64,000 bases of DNA, taken from contig JARFYF010000094.1 of the NCBI GenBank assembly GCA_030265395.1, forward strand, positions 33,749,836-33,813,835. The letters are read 5' to 3'. Of the stretch, positions 54,761 to 64,000 are shown one piece after another. Position numbers and translations under genes: made by a program. Source of the DNA: Rhina ancylostomus. Lineage: Eukaryota. Position 1 is the stretch's first letter. Each line of letters opens with the position of its first letter. The notes below the pieces were generated by a model. That model was not told the origin of the DNA. It saw only the letters and a list, made by a program, of their open reading frames with translations, and ran no database searches.

Positions 54761-56161
54761 ATAGTATCCACATTATGTTTCTTCTTTTGCGTTGTATTCC
54801 ATTACACTTTCTATAAAACCGAGAATCTTTTGTCATTCTCAAGTTGTAGCAATCCACAGAATTTATTTATTAAGAAATTTACTGTTGCCTTTAAGTTGTT
54901 GGTAGTGGGCTTTCCTCGAGAATGCCTGCAATCCATAAAGCTTCAGCTGTGAATGAGCAAGAGACTAACCACCATGGCTCAATTTTTAAGTGCAGTGTTG
55001 CTCATTCAACACTCTCCAAAGCCTGGGTTGCAAAAGTTTGGATGAGGGACAGATTTGCCATGAGTTCTTGGTAAAGGTAAAAGAATTTCCAAAGGAACAA
55101 GCATATGAACTGAGAAAGATCATTAAAAAAGAATCTTGCTCTTGGAGTCTGAATCAATAATTAATAGAAGGTTTAAAATTTACACCATTAAAGCTGTTAG
55201 TTAAAGTGATGATAAAGCTGTTATTTCAGTGGTGTGACTCTTGATAACTCAGAGTAAAATGCTCCCTTGTTGATGGAGTTCTGTATTTACTTGATCTTAT
55301 TATCCCATAGATCCTATTTAGCAGCTAAGAGTTGACACGTACCCATTATAATAGAATTAAAATTCATTTACTTTTATTAAAGGTTTATTTGCAGTTAGAT
55401 TTCAGTTCTGAAGCCAGTATAATTTCTGTGCATAGAAAATTGTAGCTGAGAATATAATTATTACAAAGCCAAGGCGTGTGCAAACAATATGTTCAGCATG
55501 AAATTATTCCAAAAATGTGGTCAGGCTGGCTGCTGAAGAAACCTGATTGAAGGCACAGGGCTGACATCTAGTGTCACTCTGCAGAACTGCAGTGCCAGCA
55601 AGAGACCAGTTGGAATAAATAATCAGTGGGTGGGGGAATTTCAGCTGCCAACAAGTTTCCGGCCGCAGAACTGTAGGTTTCTTTAAATTTCCCACGTGCT
55701 TTAGAATGAGGCCGTGGTGGCTTTAAGTTCCGAGCCTCTTTAATTTGAGACAAACCGTCGACTTACTCAAAATTAGGTTGCATTTAGCCACTCTGCATGT
55801 AAATTTGGGGATTGACTTCAGCGGCAACCTTGGGTTTCGGAAAGTGGGGAGGGTTTATCCAAAGCTTGGGAGGCCAAAACGCTCTTTGTGTGGCCCAAAA
55901 AGGTACTCTCGCCGAGAAGGGCCATAATGCAATTTTAGTGAGCTCTCTGCATTGGCAAGAAACTTGATTGGTACTGCATTTGCCAGCAAAACACTCCCAG
56001 GTATGAGGTCTGGATCTTTTGTACACATAATGCAAATGCACATGGATGTCACTGGGCAGGCTTTGTGTGCTGAAGTAGAGGATAACCAGAGAGCAGAGGC
56101 CTACTTTGGTATTACTTGAATGGCCCAACCATACCTGTGTCATAGGCAATGAAAGTTCTCG

Positions 56162-57375
56162 GAATCAGAATCAGGTTCATTATCACTGACGTATGTTGTG
56201 AAATTTATTGTTTTGTGGCAGCAGTACAGTGCAAGACATAAAGATAAAAGTTACAAAAATAAATAAATAGTGCAAAAGAGGAATAATGAGGTAGTGCTCA
56301 TGGCTTCATGGACCATTCAGAAATCTGATGGCGGAGGGGAAAAAGCTGTTCCTGAAACGTTGAGTGTGGGTGTTCAGGCTCCTGTACCTCCTCCTCGATG
56401 GTCATAACGTGAAGAGGGCATGTCCCAGATGGTGAGAGTCCTTAATGATGGATGCCATCTTCTTGAGGCACCGTCTCTTGAAGATGTCCTCGATGGAGGG
56501 GAGGGTTGTGCCCATGATGGAGCTGGCTGAGTCTACAACCTTCTGAAGCCTCTTTCGATCCTGCACATTGGAGCATCCATACCAGGCGGTGATGCAACCA
56601 ATCAGAATGCTCTCCACTGTACATCTGTAGAAATTTTCAAGAGTCTTTGGTGACATACCAAATCTCCTCAAACTCCTAATGAAGTAGAGTCACTGTCGTG
56701 CCTTCTTTGTGATTGAATCAATGTGTTGGTCCTAGGATAGACCCTCTGAGATGTTGACACCCAGGAACTCGAAGCTGCTCACCCTTTCCATCACTGACCC
56801 CTCAATGAAGACTGGTGTGTGTTCTCCCGACTTCCCCTTCCTGAAGTTCACAATCAATTCCTTGGTCTTGCTGATGTTGAGTGCGAGGTTGTTGTTGCTG
56901 TGACACCACTCAACCAGCCGATCTATCTCACTTCTCATCATCATCTNNNNNNNNNNNNNNNNNNNNNNNNNNNNNNNNNNNNNNNNNNNNNNNNNNNNNN
57001 NNNNNNNNNNNNNNNNNNNNNNNNNNNNNNNNNNNNNNNNNNNNNNAGATCTCTGAGGCAAGATTCCTTCCAGTTGTGACCAGTGTTTGGTCCTGAGGAA
57101 GTATCCTGACTCCAGTCCTGTACCAGTGTGCTGCATTTAGGTTCTCTGAGCTTGCTCTTTTCTCAACATTGCGACACAGTCATGAGTGTAGAGAGAGTAG
57201 AGCAATGGGCTAAGCATGCATCCTTGAGGTGTGCCTGTATTGATTGTCAGAGAGGAGGAGATGTTACTAATGATCTGTACTGACTGTGATCTCCTGATAA
57301 GGAAATTGAGGACCCAGATGCAGAGGGAGGTACAGAGGCCCAAGTTTTGAAGCTTGTTGTTGAAGGAATTTGTAT
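56162..57375 (-). mobile_element. Rex1/Babar-like LINE, 5'-truncated, relatively young, with a gap and a foreign insert
   Basis: Three ORFs encode RT and C-terminal motifs: NTGTPQGCMLSPLLYSLYTHDCVA; LVEWCHSNNNLALNISKTKELIVNFRK..VSSFEFLGVNISE; and FYRCTVESILIGCITAWYG..SIIKDSHHLGHALF. The element ends in a (TGATTC)-type tail. Confidence 0.9.
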
Positions 57376-58244
57376 TCATTCAGTTTTTCTTTGTTATTCA
57401 TTACTCCCACACCCTTTTTTCCCACTGCTAACTTCTTTAGGACCTCCTGAGTGTCTCCCTGACCAGCCACCAAACCACCTAGTCCCGATCTTCCCCCCAA
57501 CCCTCCCGATCATCTCACCCTTCAATTTCCCTCCACTCTGATTATCTTCCCAATCCCTTAAACACTATTATCTCCCCCAATGAACACTCACCTTTCCCCA
57601 TCCCTGCCGGAACTCCAGACTGTTCAATCGTCACCAATCCCAATTATCTCCACAGTTGGATCCTGTCCCCACCTCCCATCTCTCCATGATCCTCTGTCCC
57701 CTGATCCTCTGACCCCTTGTGATCCTCTCTCTCCTTCTGTGATTGCCTCCCATTATTTTAGAAACCTCCAATCCTCTCCCATGCTTACTTCCTCTGGATT
57801 CACCACTGTGTGCAATGGGGGAGAGAATGCAGATGAAAGATGCTTGAGCCATTTTCCTTGGATAGGGCTTATTCTACCTATCATGTCTTGTCTAAGTCCT
57901 ACAGGCAGTCATACTTTATGTTGCATGAGATAGAATAAGATTGCCCATAGGTCTTGCACAAAATTAGTGCTGGACATTGGTTCATGGAGAGAATACAGNN
58001 NNNNNNNNNNNNNNNNNNNNNNNNNNNNNNNNNNNNNNNNNNNNNNNNNNNNNNNNNNNNNNNNNNNNNNNNNNNNNNNNNNNNNNNNNNNNNNNNNNNN
58101 NNNNNNNNNNNNNNNNNGATATTCAGAGGGACCTGTGTATATAAATCACACAGTTATTGCAGGTACAGCAAGCAATTAGGAAGGCAAATAGTACGTTGAT
58201 CTTTACTGGAAGAAGATTTCAGTACAAGAGTAAAGAAATTCTGG

Positions 58245-58378
58245 GGACACAAGAGACTGCTGATGCTGGAATATGGAGCAACAAACCATCTGCTGGAAGA
58301 ACTCAGCAGGTCAAGCAGCACCTGTGAGAGGAAAGGAATTGTCAATGTTTCTGGTTGAAACCCTGCATCAGGCCTGAG
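58245..58378. mobile_element. Penelope-like-element terminal fragment with degenerate hammerhead
   Basis: acacaagagactgctgatgctggaa..gctggaagaactcagcaggtcaagcagca is homologous to 60882-61112. The minus strand reads ctgatgcagggtttcaaccagaaacattgac. Confidence 0.6.
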
Positions 58379-58429
58379 GAAATTCAGGAGAGGGCATCAG
58401 GAAATTCTGGAAGTCCAGGGGTAGGGGAG

Positions 58430-58640
58430 GGGTGTCACAGTGGCATCCCACCTCCCAAAAACATATGGGTTGGTTGTTTAATTGGCCACTGTAAATTGCC
58501 CCTAGTGTGTAGGTGAGTGGTGGAATGCGGGGAGAGTTGATGGGGATGTGGGGAGAATAAAAGGGGATTAGTGTAAATGGCACTTGATGGTTGGTGCAGA
58601 CTTTGGCTGAAGGGCCTATTCCTGTGGTGTGTGACTCCGT
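58430..58640 (+). mobile_element. HE1-like SINE (internally deleted) nested in CR1
   Basis: ttaattggccactgtaaattgcccctagtgtgtagg..ggctgaagggcctattcctgtg, homologous to the reverse copy at 23165-23535. Confidence 0.75.
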
Positions 58641-59309
58641 AAATGCAATTACAGAGTCCTAGTGAGACTGTATCTCGAATACTGTGGACAAATCTGGGTT
58701 CCCTACCAAGGAAGGATATATAGGGATAGAGAGAGTGCAATGAAAATTTGTAATTGTTCCTGAAATGATAGGTTTGTCCTATGAGGAGAGATTAAGTAGA
58801 CAGGGCCTATGCTACTTGGAGATTAAAAGAATGAGGGGTGATCTCATTGAACCACCTAAAATACTTCTGGACTGGGGTCTCGAGACAAGGGCATCACACC
58901 TCGGAATAAGTAATCATCAGGACTGAGATGAGAAGAAATTTCTTCACTTTAAGGATAGTGGATCTCTGGAATTCTCTACCCAAGGGAGTTGTGAGGTTCG
59001 GTTGCTGGAAGTTCTGATTGAAAGGTGGAGCAGCTGCAAGCAGCTAAATGGCCTACTGTTGCTCCTGTTTCCTGTGTTTATATGCCCTTCATGCAGTGCT
59101 GCTTTAACATTCACTTTCAGGAGTATTGCAACTATTAGCCTTCCACTATATCTGGTTTCTTAAAGGAAAATACAAAGAAATATCTTGAATGGGATCTTCT
59201 TCTGGGTATATCTGGCAGGCCTGCACAGGATGTGGTTAAAATTGTGGAGTTACCCCAATTATGGCATCAAACTTCCATCTGCATACTCAAAGAAGGTCAC
59301 AATATTATC

Positions 59310-59905
59310 GGTTCATTTCAAAAGAGTAGGTTAAAATATAGGAAGTTATGACAATCCCTTTTTAAACACTGTGCCAACCACAACTGAAATGTTGCATCCA
59401 ATTTCAGTCACCTTGCTTTTGGAAGAATGTGACGTCCTTGGAGACATTGCAGAAAATGTTGACATGAATGACCCATGACCTCTATTATGGGGAAAGACTG
59501 GAGAAGCTGAAATTTTCTTCTGAGTTCAGAAAAGATTGAAAGGAATATAGGGGAGGTATTTAAGATAATGACACATCTCTATGAGAGTAGACTGAATAAA
59601 ACATCTTTTGTTGATGGAATGCCTGAGAACCAGAATTCACAGATTTAAGGTGACTGGCAAAGATCCAAAGCCACAATGAGGGCAAACTTTTCTATGCGGT
59701 ATGGTTAACATCTGGAATTCACTGCCTGACAGGATAACCAGCCTGACTCAAACCTGACCTTTAAAAGGTCAGTGGATCAGCAACTGAAGGAGAAAAACCT
59801 GTCGAGCAGCAGGGAAAAGGTGGGAATGGAACTCGTTGCATTACTCTTGCAAGCAGCCAGCATGGTTTCAAAGGGCTGAAGAGTTTCTTTTCTTGCTGTT
59901 ACCAT
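59310..59905 (+). mobile_element. Older CR1 LINE 3' fragment
   Basis: Decayed PQLKCCIQFQSPCFWKNVTSLETLQK and VNIWNSLPDR motifs plus a 3' tail. Confidence 0.7.
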
Positions 59906-60881
59906 CTCTTCATTCAGGGAAGACAGCATGACCCAGCAGCATATTGACAGAAAAGTCACCCCATTAATTTAACTGCCATCCTGCTCTGTTTCTAGAACAG
60001 ATGGGGTTAGTATAAATCGTGGACTCTATTTTGCTAAGCATTCATCTCTGATTTCTTGCTGATCTGCCTATCATCAGCCTGTTCCTAATGAAACCTACAG
60101 TAGATCTCAGAACACTGCAGACAATGGGAAATAAATTCTTTTATGGTTGTCAGCACTGAATGTGTGTGTGAAAATCAGCTGCCAGCTATCCTTGCCTCCC
60201 ACATATAGTTTCATAGNNNNNNNNNNAACAGAGCCACGTATGCAGATATGAGCATTCCTGGTCGCCTGCACTCATACAAGTGTCTATTTCCTCCAGTATT
60301 TTGTGTACGTTGCTCCAGATTTCCAGCATCTGCAGTCTCTCTTGTGTCTCCGACATGGTTGGGGTGAGCTAGTCCCAGCAACTTTCCTTCACCCTGACCA
60401 AACACACACTCATCTCGTAATGTCTTTTCAACCTTCTCTGGTCTTAAATTGTTTAACTTTCTTCCGTTGCTCAGCAAATCTGTTCAGTTAGTCAGCAGCG
60501 CCACATAAATACCCAGGAAAGCTTTAGCTTTGTATTGAAATAGGATATCCTCTGCTGGAGTGCGGCATAGGAAATCTGTGTTAGGAAAGGAAAATCTACC
60601 CTTTTCCAAATCATCCAGTGATCTCATATAAAGGATATCTTTCTGGATACCAGGTCTCGCGATAGTTTATCAATGTTAACTGGATACAGGGAACAACTGC
60701 TGCATGGAGAGGGAAGGCACCCCCAGTTTTATGTATATTTCAGACTAGCAACCTGTTGTCAACTGCTGGGCACTGGTATTGCCCAGGTGACCACCTTTTC
60801 ACATTTATAAATCAGGACACAGGCAACGTAAAGAGATTATCAGGGGGTGGGAGATGAGGGAGAAGGTGCATGGTTGGGGTG

Positions 60882-61112
60882 ACGCACACACAAAGTGCTG
60901 GAGGAACTCAGCAGGTCAGGCAGCATCTATGGAGGGAAATGAACAGTCGATGTTTCGGGCCGAGACCCTTCCTCAGGACTGGTGAAGGGTCTTAGCCCAT
61001 AACGTAGACTGTTCATTTCTCTCCATAGTTGCCTCCTGACCTGCTGATTTCCTCCAGCATTTTGTGTGCGTTGCTCCAGATTTCCGGCATCTGCAGTCTC
61101 TCTTTTGTCTCC
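60882..61112. mobile_element. Penelope-derived fold-back (inverted pseudo-LTR) element
   Basis: Inverted arms of ~88 bp (60882-60971 and 60984-61071), flanked by catggttggggtga (60869-60882) and catggtcagggtga (61115-61128). Confidence 0.7.
60944..60981 (-). ncRNA. Minimal type-I hammerhead ribozyme motif (Penelope-associated type)
   Basis: The minus strand reads CAGUC-CUGAGGA-A-GGGU(CUCG)GCCC-GAAA-C-AUC^GACUG. It has stem I CAGUC/GACUG, a CUGANGA core, a 4-bp stem II, GAAA and an NUH triplet. Confidence 0.7.
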
Positions 61113-61599
61113 GACATGGTCAGGGTGAGCTTGTCCCAGTAATTTTCCTTCACCCTGTCACCCACCACTGGGATACAGTTTTAGAAGCCACATTCCACAA
61201 TCCTCAGCTGCTGATCTATACCTGCACAGGTCACACTGCAGTTACCATGACCTGGCCTTTGCAAGCAAATCTCAAGGAAATGACTGGTGTTCAGTTACAT
61301 GAGCTCATGTGAGGTAAAACAACATCTGCACTCCCATGTCTGTGCATGTGAATGTGGAATCTTGAGCGAAGTATTGGCAGCTCACATCAGGNNNNNNNNN
61401 NNNNNNNNNNNNNNNNNNNNNNNNNNNNNNNNNNNNNNNNNNNNNNNNNNNNNNNNNNNNNNNNNNNNNNNNNNNNNNNATTTCCCTTTGATTGGAATGA
61501 AAGCTGTGAAACCTTTGTCACTTTAAGAAGATATTTTGATAGGTTCTGTGCAAAAATAACATTTTTCTTACCAATATTTTTTAAGACTCTGTAATGGAT

Positions 61600-61845
61600 T
61601 GTTAATTCAAACTTTTTAAAGTGGTTAATGGAACCTTAAAATATGTGAGATTTTTTAGAATGTTTGCAGGGGCTAAGCCAAAGGCGACTAGACTGGTGAT
61701 AATGGTGTTCTGAATACAGAACATGTTCACATCACAAATGTACAGAATTAATGTCTTGACTGAATGACACTATGAATGTAAAGAAAGCCATGTATTTCTT
61801 GTGTATATTTTCTATGAATAAAATTTATTTTCTAATAAAAAAAAA
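61600..61845 (+). mobile_element. Possible L1/Tx1-like 3' end with polyadenylation signal and A-tail
   Basis: ..ttttctatgaataaaatttattttctaataaaaaaaaa. The 5' boundary is uncertain. Confidence 0.35.
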
Positions 61846-63127
61846 GCACTGTGCTCACTGCTGGTTGCAGAATCCACCCTTTTGTGAGAGACTGCAGGAC
61901 AAGTGTTGCCCCAGAGTCATTCTGCCCAGTACGTGGCCTGGATCTTTGTAATTTAGAAGTGTCCCACCCTAACAGAGGCGAGTGCTCATCCTGGCAGTAG
62001 TCCTGTTTAGGATCGGTTAGGTTGTACGTGGCTAGTTTGGTGCTAACTGAGTTCAGGGCAAACCATTTTATAAACTAAGATGGTAGGAAGATAGAACCTG
62101 TCCACAGATTTTACACATTCAGGCATTGGACACTTTTACCTCTACCTGATACAGTGGACAGCATGCTTATTTCCTGCATACAACATATGTGCAATCGCAT
62201 TTTGTCCTACTGGACTCCTGTACATTTATCCTGTCTATAAAACACACAACTGTCAGATTTCTAGGTCTATGCTGAACTCATCTGTGGTAATCCTTAGTGG
62301 AATAGTATGATTACGCTCCCTGTATCAATGACTGGTTGAGAATCAGTACAGCCAGCACTTTAATAATGGTCACTTGGCCAAGATATCAGAGTACTATTAA
62401 TGCTTTCACAGGAGTTAATTCTTCCTTGATAGACAGGAAGAGGAGAATCTTCTTGAGAACCGAGAGAGGGAAATACAGACATTTATACAGGCTTCCAAAT
62501 TGCCAGAAGTTTTAAGGACAAGTTCACAGGACTATTTCAGAAATATGTACATTGAAAAATAGCCAACAGTTTGAATGGAGTCATGGTTCAGAGGCCATTA
62601 CAGTGTGTTTGTGAGGAAGAAGCAGACAATAACTTTTCTTTAGTTTCTGTCCTTAACCAATATGCTCCAGGAAATGAGTAACTAAGAGAAAGAAGGATAG
62701 CCAGCGAGTCACTTCTGTTTTCCCTTGTATATTTCCCAGCAGCCAGACAGTTACTGACAGAAGCCAGGTTCACGTCCTTTTGCCCTCCTTGATAGAGGCA
62801 CGGGATATTTGAAAAGTTCAGAGATAACTAGTTGTTGAAAATTGAAGAGAGATTGACAATATAATTAAAACCTTTGTTGGTTTTGAAACTCAATGCTCTG
62901 ACTTTTCCTCTGTGAACTTTATTAGTTTATGTACTGATGTAATAACCAAGACAGCCATTTTTGTCATTGCTATTATTGATTTAATGACTCAAATTCGAAG
63001 AAACTGGTCTGTATTATATGCTATGTTGGCAGAGATTACCTGGAATGAACCAACTGTAGCAAAAAAGCAAGACAAGGGGATTTCAGGTTTTGTTTTTTAT
63101 CCACAATGTTGTCTCATATTATCATGT

Positions 63128-63720
63128 TGTGGCGACTTACCGTTCACGAACCAGCTCCCACGATCGCGAGTGTTGTCGGAGGCCCCGACACAAGATGGTG
63201 CGGGGCACTTCTTCTTTGTTGGGCTAGTGGAGCCTGCGCGTGGGAAGGTCACGTGACCCGCGCGTGATGTCAGCGCGGGAACTGTGTTTATTAAAGGGGC
63301 AGTGCACCCCAGTCATTCATTCGACTCTTGGACTCCAAACAAGTGTCCCGTGTCTTTATTCNNNNNNNNNNNNNNNNNNNNNNNNNNNNNNNNNNNNNNN
63401 NNNNNNNNNNNNNNNNNNNNNNNNNNNNNNNNNNNNNNNNNNNNNNNNNNNNNNNNNNNNNGGGTTATGTGGCGACTTACCGTTCACGAACCGGTTCCCA
63501 CAATCGCGAGCGTCGTCGGAGGCCCCGACACAAGATGGTGCGGGGCACTCCTTCTTCGTTGGGCTTGTGGAGCCCGCGCGGGGGAAGGTCACGTGACCTG
63601 CATGTGACGTCAGCGCGGGAACTGTGTTTATTAAAGGGGCAGCACACCCCGGTCATTCATTCGAATCTTGGACTTCAAACAAGTGTCCCGTGTCTTTATT
63701 CAGTGTAGCTAGCCGCTACA
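63128..63720 (+). mobile_element. LTR retrotransposon (Gypsy-like): two ~253-bp LTRs with the interior hidden in an N gap
   Basis: Direct repeats at 63128-63361 (cut by the gap) and 63468-63720. Termini are TGTGGCG..CGCTACA, the 4-bp TSD ATGT lies at 63124-63127 and 63721-63724, and a G-run (gggtta) precedes the right LTR. Confidence 0.85.
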
Positions 63721-64000
63721 ATGTATTGCCTCTCATTTGGAACATACTGCAAAACTGATGTACATTGTTTCACCTTGCAGGATGGCATCTCTCAACTGCA
63801 CTTACATAGGAATTGAAACCTCTGCTGGATCTGATAGCAAAACAAGGCACAGAGCAGTACCACTGAGACGAGAATCCAAGATCTTCCTGCACACCCTTGT
63901 GCACCAAGCTCTTTATCTCAGTTGGAGCAAAGGGGGAAGTAATGATCAAAGTTAAGGGGCTTCCTCATAGGAGCAGTAAATAACATCAGAAGTAGAATGG

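Larger units (their letters stand above)
58118..59080 (+). mobile_element. CR1/HER1 LINE 3' region interrupted by nested insertions (58245-58640)
   Basis: QVQQAIRKANSTLIFTGRRFQYKSKE lies before the inserts and VLVRLYLEYCGQIW resumes after them, as collinear CR1 ORF2. Confidence 0.8.

Overview
This is AT-rich, CpG-depleted eukaryotic DNA from a gapped draft assembly, most likely a cartilaginous fish (shark or ray). That assignment rests on repeats I recognise from memory as HE1-like SINEs, HER1/CR1 LINEs, SacSINE1-like DeuSINEs, L2, RTE, Rex1/Babar, PIF/Harbinger, Penelope-derived ends and a Gypsy-type LTR pair. I can support no intact protein-coding gene. The ORF track is mostly noise, N-gap artefacts or decayed transposon ORFs. 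The central feature is a CpG island (~30.6-33.9 kb, with CpG retention to ~36.8 kb) that looks like the promoter of an unidentified minus-strand gene. Candidate small 5' exons lie at 33296-~33445, 33093-33140, 19027-19221 and possibly 6062-6206, so positions 1-33 kb are probably 5'-UTR introns. The most notable items are: a minimal type-I hammerhead ribozyme motif inside a Penelope-derived fold-back element (60.9 kb); a 47-bp near-perfect intronic palindrome (26.9 kb); a spliced short ORF in the candidate 5' exons; a two-LTR element with a 4-bp TSD whose interior is hidden in a gap; a split Harbinger transposase fossil; and multiply nested TEs. Family names come from recalled motifs, not database searches. 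I see no evidence for a wholly new multi-gene system.
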